Positions 10,371 to 20,133 of a stretch of 64,000 nt of DNA are shown one piece after another (position 1 is the first letter of the stretch; each line of letters starts with the position of its first letter). A program made the translations under genes and the position numbers. Origin of the DNA: a virus; IMG/VR virus record IMGVR_UViG_3300025828_000016, positions 21,500 to 85,499 of that record; one strand, given 5' to 3'. The notes under the pieces were generated by a model, which saw nothing but the letters and a program-made list of their open reading frames with translations, did not search any database and had not been told where the DNA came from.

Positions 10371-11074
10371 ATGCCTCTTAAATTATAATCAATGTGATAC
10401 TCTTGTAAAAGTTTTGATAGAATGTTTTCATACTCTGTCATATTCCATTTCTTTTTATTTATTGCTGTAGCTATATAAGGAAAGACATTTGAATTAAAGT
10501 GGAAATTACCAACCTTATCTTCATTGTCATAATGATAACAGGATTTGATTTTTAAAGAATTACACGCACTAGAACCATACATTTCAACATCTCGATAAGT
10601 CTTTGGTCTATAAAATTTTAAAAGTTTAATCAAATCTTTTCTTTTCCATATTGCGGTTTGTTGGGAAAGTAAGAATCTAGAAGTCATTGGTACGTCAAAT
10701 AACGTTTCAGTTAGTTTATTACCGCCCATCTCACCAGACTTTATTAACCTTAAGCAACTATAATCAGTTTTACTTAAAAATTCATTGTATTCTTGAATCA
10801 GAGTGTGATTTGGATTATCGTACAATATATGATCTTCTTGCATATATATGATGTATTCTTCTTCTATTTGTTCCAAACAGGATGATAATCTTTTATAGAA
10901 TGGATCACTTTCTTTATTAATTATTTGTATGTGCTTGTCTGGAATTTTTTCTGATGTATTGTTAATGGCGATGTATGATTTATAATCATAACAATATTTA
11001 TCAAATTGTCCAAAATACAATGGGAAAACATCTTCACATTCAGTATTTGTCCATGTAACAAATGCAATATTCAT
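10364..11074 (-). CDS. Putative glycosyltransferase-like protein
   Basis: YMQED acidic motif; located in glycan cluster. Confidence 0.5.
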   Translation of the reverse strand: MNIAFVTWTNTECEDVFPLYFGQFDKYCYDYKSYIAINNTSEKIPDKHIQIINKESDPFYKRLSSCLEQIEEEYIIYMQEDHILYDNPNHTLIQEYNEFLSKTDYSCLRLIKSGEMGGNKLTETLFDVPMTSRFLLSQQTAIWKRKDLIKLLKFYRPKTYRDVEMYGSSACNSLKIKSCYHYDNEDKVGNFHFNSNVFPYIATAINKKKWNMTEYENILSKLLQEYHIDYNLRGIC

Positions 11075-11523
11075 TATTGTACCTCGTATTTATTTACATA
11101 ATCTGTACATATCCCAAAACTACATTTAAGATCGTCTATAGACCACACGCCTGAACTTTCAGGCATAACAGCAATACTTTTGCTAGTTAATGATTTACCT
11201 GGATATGTCCAAATGTATCCAAAACTAGTTAAAGTAAAATCATCTTCTTGATGCCAGAAAACATTAAGGTTTTGTTCAGATAGTTTTGTCAGTGCATGTA
11301 TGTTTTTACAGTGAATCCATAAATTATTTTTATTATTCAACAACCAATCTAAATTTATGGGATATTCATGAACATCATGACCTAAAAATAAATTTGAATT
11401 TATTTCCCATACATCAACCTCTACATCATAACCTTTTTGTATTACAAAATTAATCTTATTAGGGTTATTTTCTTCAGTAGGCAAAGGTCCAGATAAGTTA
11501 CCACGGTGTGATATTAATCTCAC
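11074..11523 (-). CDS. GDPD/PLC-like phosphodiesterase
   Basis: ISHRGN, EEN, VEVDV, LGHD, IHCKN, GICTD. Confidence 0.8.
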   Translation of the reverse strand: MRLISHRGNLSGPLPTEENNPNKINFVIQKGYDVEVDVWEINSNLFLGHDVHEYPINLDWLLNNKNNLWIHCKNIHALTKLSEQNLNVFWHQEDDFTLTSFGYIWTYPGKSLTSKSIAVMPESSGVWSIDDLKCSFGICTDYVNKYEVQ

Positions 11524-12263
11524 TATTCACCCCAAATACAAACCTTATTTAAACTTGATTCCCCTCTTAAATATCCACGAGTCGCAATTCCTTCATCACC
11601 TAGCAAAAGTGGATTTAATGTAGAACCAATATCGATATAAGTATTTTTTTTATTATAATCATACAATTGGTGAGTTAAAATATTTCCAAATGGTCCAGCA
11701 CAAAACAAAAACAAAGAATTTTCTACATTGTTTTCTTGTATATCTTTTTTTATTTCATCAATTAAATTATAATCTTCAACCCAACAGTTTTTTCCTATCT
11801 TATAATGTTTTTTTAAATCAAATGGCAGTTTTTCTAAATTAGACTTACTATTCGACACAAGATAGACATCATAGTTTGAATATTCTGGAACTACGTTTTT
11901 TAGGTAATAGTTATAGTTTCCATTAACAAACAGATTAGCCCAGGTTAAATTCTCAAGATTTTGTTCAGATCTTGTTTTCATCCAATCGTGAACTTTTTTT
12001 CCACCAATACAGCAAGGACATGAAATACCAACTAAATAATTTTTGTCTTTGTACTTAAATGATTCAATCAGTTTTGTTCTATTAAATGAATTATTCTCTG
12101 GTTCAAACCAAAATTCTCCATTGTTTATTGGTTTATTTGCAAGGATATGCAGTTCCCCGTCTGCATATTTAGAAAATGCAAAATGAACTTTGTTTTCCAA
12201 AAGAGATTTTATCTTCACTAAATCTTCTCTATAGTTCTTTTTATAACAATCTATTTCAAACAT
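11523..12263 (-). CDS. GT-D-fold-like glycosyltransferase
   Basis: FSKYADGE, FCAGP, IDIGS motifs; start refined to MFEIDC. Confidence 0.6.
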   Translation of the reverse strand: MFEIDCYKKNYREDLVKIKSLLENKVHFAFSKYADGELHILANKPINNGEFWFEPENNSFNRTKLIESFKYKDKNYLVGISCPCCIGGKKVHDWMKTRSEQNLENLTWANLFVNGNYNYYLKNVVPEYSNYDVYLVSNSKSNLEKLPFDLKKHYKIGKNCWVEDYNLIDEIKKDIQENNVENSLFLFCAGPFGNILTHQLYDYNKKNTYIDIGSTLNPLLLGDEGIATRGYLRGESSLNKVCIWGE

Positions 12264-12852
12264 TTTCAATCCTTTGAAAAAACAAAAAATTAGCATCAGA
12301 AAAAGGATTTTTTTCACAAAAATTTTCAGATTCAAAATGAAGTGGAGCAAAATTTTTAAAATTTTCTTTTACATAATTTGAAATATTTCTACTAAAACAA
12401 TGCTTAACAGTTGTTCCAATTTCATCATCACGATCTGTGGTAAATATAATTACATATTTTTTTGAAGCATCAAACAAACTCTTCATGTGGTTCTCATATA
12501 CTCCATATTCAACCAAATGGTAAACAACATCCAAGGATACTGTTAAATCTGATTTTTGATCTGAGTAATCATCAATTACACTAAAATTAAATTTTTCATC
12601 GCCCTTAAAAACCTCTTTGCATATTTTTATAGCAGGTGCAAAATCAAATCCCAAATAATTTTTATAATTTATATTTTTTATTTGATTTCCATCTCCGCAC
12701 CCAAATTCAATAGTGGAATTTGGTTTGAATCTTTCTAAAAAATCATTAATTACTTTTGTTTTGTATTCTGCTGCGTCACCATAAGAACCCCAACCTGAAG
12801 TACCACCTTTAGAATATCTATCTTCCCAATATGCTCTAGAACTAAAACTCAT
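12256..12852 (-). CDS. Class I SAM-dependent methyltransferase
   Basis: YWEDRY..GGTSG, EFGCGDG, LDVVYHL; start refined to MSFSS. Confidence 0.85.
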   Translation of the reverse strand: MSFSSRAYWEDRYSKGGTSGWGSYGDAAEYKTKVINDFLERFKPNSTIEFGCGDGNQIKNINYKNYLGFDFAPAIKICKEVFKGDEKFNFSVIDDYSDQKSDLTVSLDVVYHLVEYGVYENHMKSLFDASKKYVIIFTTDRDDEIGTTVKHCFSRNISNYVKENFKNFAPLHFESENFCEKNPFSDANFLFFQRIENV

Positions 12853-12853
12853 G

Positions 12854-13858
12854 CTATAACTCCAATAATATTTTATAAATTTTTTCTGCTGATTTGCCAT
12901 CTCCGAATGGACAATCTATAGTATCATCAATTTTTGGTTTTTTTAAAAACGCCTCAAACATGTCAGAGAGGTTATTTGGATCTTCACAAAGTTCAAAAAA
13001 TACTCCCAAACCTTCCACTCTTTCTGTTGTTTTTCTACAAACAATCATTCTTTTTCTAAAAAATGATGACTCTTCTTGAATGCCGCCACTGTCTGATATT
13101 ATTAATCTTGATTTTGATAATAATTCTATAAATTCTGGGTAATTCAATGGATCAATAATTTTTACTTTATTTAAAATTGACTTATGTTGTTGTACTTTTG
13201 GATTTGGATGCATGGGAAAAATAAAGTCCAATTCAGGATACTTTTCTGCTAACTCTTCAAATTTTGTAAACCACAACTCCATAACATCATGATTTTCTCT
13301 TCGATGCATCGTTATCGGAACAATATTAGATTCTTTTGGTTCTATTTGTAATAAATTATCTAAAACTGTGTTACCTGTAACAAAAATATTTTTTTTGATA
13401 CCCTCGTTATAAAGATTATTAGCAGAAATATCAGTAGGGCAGAAATGAATAGAGGCAAGACGAGATATTGCTTGTCTGTTAAACTCTTCAGGATAAGGAT
13501 TGTATAAGTCATACGTTCTCAAACCCGCTTCTAAGTGAATTACAGGAATTCTTCTATGAAAAGCAGAAAGAGCCAATGAAAATGCCGAAGTAGTGTCGCC
13601 CTGAACTAAAACATAATTTGGTTTATTGGTCCATATGGTACTTTGATCCATCAATGATTTTACGATGGCATCGAGTCTGTTTGTACCATTTTTTATATCA
13701 ATAGATACATCAACTTCTTTATGTGCCTCTACCGGTAATAATGTTGTGTGTTGACCTGTGAATAAAACTTTATACGGATAATTGTTTTTTCTAAAAACAT
13801 TTACCAGTGGTTTAATTTTGATCCACTCAGGTCTTGTTCCAAAAGTAAGTAAAATCAC
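12854..13858 (-). CDS. wecB: UDP-N-acetylglucosamine 2-epimerase (non-hydrolysing)
   Basis: GTRPE, TGQH, QGDT, HLEAGLR, PEEFNR, HRREN, DSGGIQEE; GTG start. Confidence 0.93.
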   Translation of the reverse strand: MILLTFGTRPEWIKIKPLVNVFRKNNYPYKVLFTGQHTTLLPVEAHKEVDVSIDIKNGTNRLDAIVKSLMDQSTIWTNKPNYVLVQGDTTSAFSLALSAFHRRIPVIHLEAGLRTYDLYNPYPEEFNRQAISRLASIHFCPTDISANNLYNEGIKKNIFVTGNTVLDNLLQIEPKESNIVPITMHRRENHDVMELWFTKFEELAEKYPELDFIFPMHPNPKVQQHKSILNKVKIIDPLNYPEFIELLSKSRLIISDSGGIQEESSFFRKRMIVCRKTTERVEGLGVFFELCEDPNNLSDMFEAFLKKPKIDDTIDCPFGDGKSAEKIYKILLEL

Positions 13859-15432
13859 TTTCTCATCTCCACTGTTTTCCATCCGTTGTCTATTGCATTT
13901 GCAACGCAAGCATCTCTTTGTTTATAAAAAATATTATGATTTCTAGTATTTGAAGTTGCTTTGTTGTCTACACCATATTCATAACCTTTTAAAGAACTGT
14001 GTTTTGTAAAATCATCTTTTGGGTGTGGAGGGCAATAAGTTTTAATTCCACCGTATTTCTGACAACAATAAGAAAATTGAATATCTTCTCCATTTTCCCA
14101 AGTAAATGGTTTTTCCATCCAAAGGTACTTCAACCAAGATTGTCTAAAAAACCATGCATGTCCCACTAAATCAACTTCTACAGTTTCTTCATTTCTAGAA
14201 GACCATCCAAATCTAGTATGGTGTTTGTACTGTTTTCCTTTAAGTTTAACCCCTGCGCCACCCATTATACCATTTTTAATATCCATTGTTTCAATACAGT
14301 TTTGAAACCATTGATTTCCAGGCAGCGTATCATCATCAAAGAGAGCGACATATTCAGTATCAGCCAGCATCGCAATTGAAAACCTTCCATAAAATTTCCA
14401 ATTAAAATCATTTCTTATTACCCTATCCACATCTAGATCAGAAAAATCAAAATTTTCGTTATCCTCATGGTGGTTAACCCAAACCCAAATCTGATCTGGT
14501 TTTACTGTCTGCTCTTTAATTAATTTTATTTGCTCTTTTAAATATTGCGGTCGGCGGTAGCAATTAAGTATAACTGTTATTCCGTTATCTGACTCTTTTT
14601 TATTTATTAAATTTTCAAATAATTTAAGTGCTTTTTGTACTCTATCGTCTATTTCTTGGATTAGACGAACCCCAGATAGATTAAAAATTTCCTCGCTTGC
14701 AAAACCTAAAAGTTTTGGTTTTGTTAAAAGTTTACAGTTTAACATTTTTGCTTCCGCTGATATTCTAGAAAAAGTTTCTAAAACACCTGGGAAGAATACA
14801 AATCCTTCATACTCTGATAGTTTTTTTAGTAACTCTTGCTCGGAGCAAAAATCGATTAAATCAAACGGAATATTTTTTGATTCACAATACTCAACAGATT
14901 TTTTAGTATTTTTTATTGGATTAGAAGAATTTAATACAGCAAATTTTCCATTTTTTGTTTCGGTTTGTATAGATTTTATGAACTCTAATTTTTCTTTAGA
15001 CCATAAACTGCAACCTATATTTACCACATTATCTATATTTAAATTTTCTTCTATAACTTTTTTACAAATATTACTTAGAACAACGACTGCTTCAGCATTT
15101 TTATAAAATTCTTTGTGTATTATTTGTGATTCTGGGGCAATAAAATTATCAAAATGTGAAGGATCTCTAGTTTGAAGATATTTGTGGTCGTGCTCGTAGA
15201 TTATGTATCTTTCTTTTTGTATTTTTATTTTGTGTTCTTCAGATAGAGAAACAAAATTTGAAACAATAAAAAAATTGCTTTTATTGTAATAAGAGTTATC
15301 TAATTTAAAACAATTTATTTTCTCAATATCATAGTTTTTATTTTCTAAATAAGTCAAGAGAACAGAATCATTGGATTCTGCTCCCCCTAGTATTTCTGTT
15401 CTAAAAAAATCTGATAAAAAAACTATTTTCAT
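13855..15432 (-). CDS. Two-domain glycosyltransferase (GT-B-like plus GT2)
   Basis: GGAE and ETFSR in the N-domain; TVILNCYRR and FDDD in the C-domain. Confidence 0.75.
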   Translation of the reverse strand: MKIVFLSDFFRTEILGGAESNDSVLLTYLENKNYDIEKINCFKLDNSYYNKSNFFIVSNFVSLSEEHKIKIQKERYIIYEHDHKYLQTRDPSHFDNFIAPESQIIHKEFYKNAEAVVVLSNICKKVIEENLNIDNVVNIGCSLWSKEKLEFIKSIQTETKNGKFAVLNSSNPIKNTKKSVEYCESKNIPFDLIDFCSEQELLKKLSEYEGFVFFPGVLETFSRISAEAKMLNCKLLTKPKLLGFASEEIFNLSGVRLIQEIDDRVQKALKLFENLINKKESDNGITVILNCYRRPQYLKEQIKLIKEQTVKPDQIWVWVNHHEDNENFDFSDLDVDRVIRNDFNWKFYGRFSIAMLADTEYVALFDDDTLPGNQWFQNCIETMDIKNGIMGGAGVKLKGKQYKHHTRFGWSSRNEETVEVDLVGHAWFFRQSWLKYLWMEKPFTWENGEDIQFSYCCQKYGGIKTYCPPHPKDDFTKHSSLKGYEYGVDNKATSNTRNHNIFYKQRDACVANAIDNGWKTVEMRK

Positions 15433-15433
15433 T

Positions 15434-16687
15434 TTATATTAATTCAACAGAATCTAGTTCATCCATCCAATTACTAGACTTTTTAAATCCTTTAATTAAG
15501 TCATTAAATTTATCATATTGCTTTTGTTGTTCAAAGTTCTCGCAAATCCATTGTTGTAATTTTTTAGATTGAGATTTAAATCTACTATAATCTTTATATA
15601 CTTCACGCATTTTCATTTTATAGGAACCTTGCTTGGCATATGCCCACATAGAATCTTTTTGCAAAACACCGTCCCAAACAGCATCAGGAGCAATAGGTTG
15701 CAAATCATAATCTATTTTGGCAAAATAAGGTTTAGACTTAATTTTTCCTTTTTTATCTTTTGTTGGTTTATATAAGAAATCTAAATGACCTGACCAATCA
15801 GTAGCTACTACAGGGAGTCCACTATATGCTGCCTCAAAAAGAGGAAGACCAAAACCCTCTCCATGAGTTAAACTCAAGATAGCATGAATTAGTTCGTGAT
15901 TATATAAAGAATGCATTTCTTTATCATCTAAATCGCCATGAAGAAGATAAACTTTACATTCTCGATTCGGATATTCTTTTAAAGTCTTCTCTAATTGAGA
16001 CTCAATCGCAATTTTATCTAACAAACACCCGCCGCGAAGAAAAGTTTTTACTACCAGACCAACATCTGGATTATCAATAAATTCCTCAACAAACCATTTA
16101 ATTGTTGCTCCTAAGTTTTTACGTGGTCCCCATTGAGCGACTGTAAGAAAGTTAAATTTTGTTTCCAGTTGCAAATCTAAATCTGGTAATTCATCATAAA
16201 TTTTAACTGGGTAGTGTACTACATCGATATCTTTATTAGACTTAAGAATTGCTCGTTGACCAGTGCGTCTATCAACTGCTTCATATACTGTCTCTAATAT
16301 ACCTTTCTTTGAGTGTTCAGAAATAGTAATAACTTTATCCATTTCATTACATTTTTGTAACCATATAGGAGCAACCTTTGTTGTTTCGATACCCGCAGTA
16401 ACTCCAATATTTATTGGTGCCATTGGTTGCCACTCGTTAGGGATTGTTACTTGAATCGACATATCATATTGTTGCTGTGACTGTTCATGTATTGCAGTTT
16501 TTTTAACTAAAAAATCAATCCATTCTCTTTCTTCGTTATCTTCCCACACCCAAGCAGATTCGCCCCAGTTAATTGGTATTAAATAAATATCCAAGTCTTC
16601 TACTTGTCGTAAAGCACGAAGAACAAAACGACAATGTTCGCCATATCCAGTTCTGGTTAGTGCTGGTCCTCTTACTATAACTTTCAT
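15434..16687 (-). CDS. Glycosyltransferase family 4 (GT-B)
   Basis: RKN, GEGFGLPLFEA, ATDWSG. Confidence 0.88.
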   Translation of the reverse strand: MKVIVRGPALTRTGYGEHCRFVLRALRQVEDLDIYLIPINWGESAWVWEDNEEREWIDFLVKKTAIHEQSQQQYDMSIQVTIPNEWQPMAPINIGVTAGIETTKVAPIWLQKCNEMDKVITISEHSKKGILETVYEAVDRRTGQRAILKSNKDIDVVHYPVKIYDELPDLDLQLETKFNFLTVAQWGPRKNLGATIKWFVEEFIDNPDVGLVVKTFLRGGCLLDKIAIESQLEKTLKEYPNRECKVYLLHGDLDDKEMHSLYNHELIHAILSLTHGEGFGLPLFEAAYSGLPVVATDWSGHLDFLYKPTKDKKGKIKSKPYFAKIDYDLQPIAPDAVWDGVLQKDSMWAYAKQGSYKMKMREVYKDYSRFKSQSKKLQQWICENFEQQKQYDKFNDLIKGFKKSSNWMDELDSVELI

Positions 16688-17958
16688 TAGGCAACCTCCT
16701 TAACAGTCCAACGCTTTGTGTACTTGCGGGTTTCCCAAGAACCCTCTTCTTCGTGGAGTTTAGTCATGACATCTACCCATGTTTTATTAAAATCTTGAAA
16801 ATTGTAATTCCTCATTACATGTTCTCGACCAAGAAGACCCATTTTATTTCTTTCTTCTTTTGACATGTTAAAGATTTTTTCCATAGCAGCTACAACTTCT
16901 TCCCCATTTAATCTATCCTCATAGATCCAAGGAATTTGTTGTGAACCAATAATCGCTCTTGAGGAAGGATAGACAGGTATACCAAATTCTTTTTCCCCGT
17001 CTGTAATCTGCTCTTGCAGACCACCTGTCATATTGACAATAATCGGAGTTCCACAGGAAAGAGATTCTAGAGTAGCAAGACCAAAACCCTCTGCGTCAGA
17101 AATATTTACCGTACAATCTGCCATATTGTATAGCATTGATAATTTTTGCAAATCTATTTTTTGTTGACTAAACAGAACTTCTCCATTTGTTAGTCCTAAA
17201 TTTTCAATAATTGCTTGAAGATCTTGACCGTTTGGATCTTTAACCTCAGTGTGCATCACGAGACATGCTTTATCATGACCAACCTTATCAAGAAAATCTT
17301 TAAACCAAAAAATCAAAGAACCAGATTGTTTACGACGAGCATTTCGATTATTCCAGAAGAAAATAAATTTATCTGGATCATAGAAATCACCAAAGACTTG
17401 TTTTTTAAATTCTTTTAATAGTTCCTCATTGTTTTCCATTGGTTTGAATATATCGCTATTTACAGCGTGAGGAATATATTGAGATTTTACACTAGGTGCA
17501 ACAGTCTTAACAATATCATCTGTTACTTTTGAGATCGTTGCGATGAAGTCGTTCGACTCATAAAATGGTCTATTAAAAGTAGGATAGGGGTAGTTATCCC
17601 AAACGTGGTAATAAACCATAGGCATAAGAGGTCTAATTTCATTTTCCATCTCCCATAACCAACCCCAGAAGCGAGGGTCAGTCATAAACCAAATGATATC
17701 TGGTCTTTCTTGTCTAATTAAAGACCGGACTGATTCTTTTGTGCCATACCCATCAACTGGGTACATAATCCAATCTTCACCATATTGGTCTGTTTTAATT
17801 GGGTCATATTTAGGGTGCTTGATTGCGCCGCCGAATGAGCGGATTTGGAACTTACCAGTTTTTAATAACGCTTCACAAATATACCTAGTTTGAGTTCCAA
17901 CGCCACTAGGACTAAGAGGCATATCGCTAAGAGTGAAGACCTTAATTTTTTTATCCAT
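16687..17958 (-). CDS. Glycosyltransferase family 4 (GT-B)
   Basis: RNARRK, EGFGLATLES, GGLQEQ. Confidence 0.88.
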   Translation of the reverse strand: MDKKIKVFTLSDMPLSPSGVGTQTRYICEALLKTGKFQIRSFGGAIKHPKYDPIKTDQYGEDWIMYPVDGYGTKESVRSLIRQERPDIIWFMTDPRFWGWLWEMENEIRPLMPMVYYHVWDNYPYPTFNRPFYESNDFIATISKVTDDIVKTVAPSVKSQYIPHAVNSDIFKPMENNEELLKEFKKQVFGDFYDPDKFIFFWNNRNARRKQSGSLIFWFKDFLDKVGHDKACLVMHTEVKDPNGQDLQAIIENLGLTNGEVLFSQQKIDLQKLSMLYNMADCTVNISDAEGFGLATLESLSCGTPIIVNMTGGLQEQITDGEKEFGIPVYPSSRAIIGSQQIPWIYEDRLNGEEVVAAMEKIFNMSKEERNKMGLLGREHVMRNYNFQDFNKTWVDVMTKLHEEEGSWETRKYTKRWTVKEVA

Positions 17959-17965
17959 TTAAACC

Positions 17966-18772
17966 TCATGAACAATGCTTTGTTTTATAATATTCGCATA
18001 CGCCATATTTGCCGTAGCAGGAAAGTCTATTTTTGACGTGATTGCATTTATCAATATTATATACGGCTTTGTTCAATAGTTTAAGAGCATTATCTATTTT
18101 CTTTTCGCCGTTTGTCACTTTAAATAGTTCAACATTATTTTTATTTGCGGTTCTTTTTAAGAGGGCGAAGTGAGTTGTTATCTCATTATATTTTTTTCCA
18201 TGTTTTTTTGCCCAGAAATGCTTATAGAGGGTTAATTGATAGGTTATCATTTTATCTGCTTTCTTCCGACTGTCCCATCCCCAGGAACAAGTCTTCCAAT
18301 CGACAATATGAAACTTTTTAGTGTCTGGTGTGTAGACAACAAGGTCAATAAAACCTTTGAATTTCTTTTGGATTTTATCGTTTTCAATATCTTGGTAAAG
18401 TGGTTCCTCTATGGAAATCATTTCAAACTTACCAAAGTATTTTTTTAAAGCAGGTAAGATAAACTGAATAATGTGTTTACCTTGAGTTCTCATTGAGGTG
18501 AGTAGTTCTGGTGAGAACTCAACATCAGGGGAGGATTGTTTTACTTTTTGTAGATTTTGGACAAACTCCTGCTCAAACAGTTGTTCTAGACCCTCAGACT
18601 TTTTATTTTCGTCGTGGTCTTGAACAACGACCTCACAGACTGTGTGGAGAGCGGAACCAAAGCAAGTGTGCTCGTTGCCTTTGAACTGCTTGATCTTATC
18701 AATATAGTTGAGTTTGTGTTTCCAAGCGCAGTCGGTCCATTCTTTAAGCTCGGAGTAAGATATGTGAGACAT
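17966..18772 (-). CDS. PD-(D/E)XK Cas4/RecB-like exonuclease
   Basis: SYS..C, FGSALH, GFID...DWKT, QLTLY, C-terminal Cys cluster. Confidence 0.88.
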   Translation of the reverse strand: MSHISYSELKEWTDCAWKHKLNYIDKIKQFKGNEHTCFGSALHTVCEVVVQDHDENKKSEGLEQLFEQEFVQNLQKVKQSSPDVEFSPELLTSMRTQGKHIIQFILPALKKYFGKFEMISIEEPLYQDIENDKIQKKFKGFIDLVVYTPDTKKFHIVDWKTCSWGWDSRKKADKMITYQLTLYKHFWAKKHGKKYNEITTHFALLKRTANKNNVELFKVTNGEKKIDNALKLLNKAVYNIDKCNHVKNRLSCYGKYGVCEYYKTKHCS

Positions 18773-19165
18773 TTATCCCTCTGTTTTTTTATTTTTTGTT
18801 GTCTTTTTCTTTACGGTGGTTGATTTTAGACCATACTGTAAAGAGTCGGTAGACAACGAAGTTTCATCTATTTTTAGATCTTCAACTTCAACTTTCGGTT
18901 CATCTATTCTAACAGATTCTTTAACAATGTCAACTTGTTTTTTTTCAAAAGTGTAATTTCCAATTGTATTTGAGACCGTTAAGTCATGTTTATCACTTTC
19001 ACCAGTTAAAAACACATAATCATCTAAATTATATTTTTTTCTTAATAACGATTCTACAGAATTATTTTTAAATATTATTTTCTGAGAAGATCTTCTTCTT
19101 GCGTTTGGGTCCGCTACTATTTCAAAAAATATTTTTTTACCTTTGGTTTTTGTTGTAATTTTCAT
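18773..19165 (-). CDS. Hypothetical basic protein
   Basis: 130 aa ORF with RBS. Confidence 0.6.
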   Translation of the reverse strand: MKITTKTKGKKIFFEIVADPNARRRSSQKIIFKNNSVESLLRKKYNLDDYVFLTGESDKHDLTVSNTIGNYTFEKKQVDIVKESVRIDEPKVEVEDLKIDETSLSTDSLQYGLKSTTVKKKTTKNKKTEG

Positions 19166-19175
19166 TGCTCACTCC

Positions 19176-19844
19176 TTAAAACTCAAAAAAAGAATCTATA
19201 ATTTCATATAATACTGGACTCAACTCTTTGAGTTTATTTCTATCTCCCAATAAATAGTTCTCAAAACCATTTGCCCAATACTCTCGTAGTGCTGTAATTG
19301 CGTATGGTGAATAAAACAACCCAGATGATATAGTTCTTAATTTATCGTATCCTATTCCTTTATAGAGATGCTGATCAAACTTATAATCGTATTCTGGATT
19401 TTCATAGTCTTCTATATCGTAGTCTTCATCATCTAGAAGGTGGTATAAGGTATTTCGTTTGGCAAGAAACTCTCTTTCTAATCTGCCATCACCATAAATC
19501 TCTTCTTCATTTCTTTTTTCAACAGCGTGGGCAAGTTCGTGAAGAATGTCATCTAAAAGATCTTTCTCGTTATCTTGATCGGGTGAGAGATAGATTGCCC
19601 CGTCTTTAAACATGGCGTTGTATTCACGATCACCTTTGAAAAACTCATCAGCATAACCAACAAGAAAACTATCAACATTATCAAAAAAGAAGTCTGGAGT
19701 TAGAGTTTCGATTGTTTTTTTAATGTAATCTAGATTAATATCGTTTTTGAATGGTTCTATAAAAACAAAAGGTTTTCCATGAATATTATATTGATTTAAT
19801 TTTTTTTTAGACTTGCTCGCTTGTTGTGCTATGTACTCTTTCAA
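19176..19844 (-). CDS. Zincin-like metallopeptidase
   Basis: HELAH (HExxH) and downstream EYWA. Confidence 0.7.
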   Translation of the reverse strand: MKEYIAQQASKSKKKLNQYNIHGKPFVFIEPFKNDINLDYIKKTIETLTPDFFFDNVDSFLVGYADEFFKGDREYNAMFKDGAIYLSPDQDNEKDLLDDILHELAHAVEKRNEEEIYGDGRLEREFLAKRNTLYHLLDDEDYDIEDYENPEYDYKFDQHLYKGIGYDKLRTISSGLFYSPYAITALREYWANGFENYLLGDRNKLKELSPVLYEIIDSFFEF

Positions 19845-20089
19845 CCTTGCACACCGCCAGCATCTACATCAGCTAGTGCTTGTCGATATCCACGAATAAA
19901 ATTTTCTTCTGCGACAGGCATCAAGAATTCTGGAAATTCTTCAGACATTACCTGAATGATCATTTCAACATTAACTTCATCATTTTTAGGTTGAAGTTTT
20001 TCTCCAACATAGTTTACCAACCATCTTTTCATTTCATTTACTGGTTCTACTACTTGTAGCAGATCTGGGTTTTCATTATCTACAGACAT
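19841..20089 (-). CDS. Hypothetical protein
   Basis: 82 aa ORF with AGGAGG RBS. Confidence 0.7.
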   Translation of the reverse strand: MSVDNENPDLLQVVEPVNEMKRWLVNYVGEKLQPKNDEVNVEMIIQVMSEEFPEFLMPVAEENFIRGYRQALADVDAGGVQG

Positions 20090-20133
20090 AATTGTCCTCC
20101 TTTTGGATAAATATAACAGATATTTGGATAAGT

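Noticed and set aside
17966-18772. Cas4 as part of a CRISPR system
   Set aside because: Stand-alone PD-(D/E)XK exonuclease common in phages; no array or other cas genes
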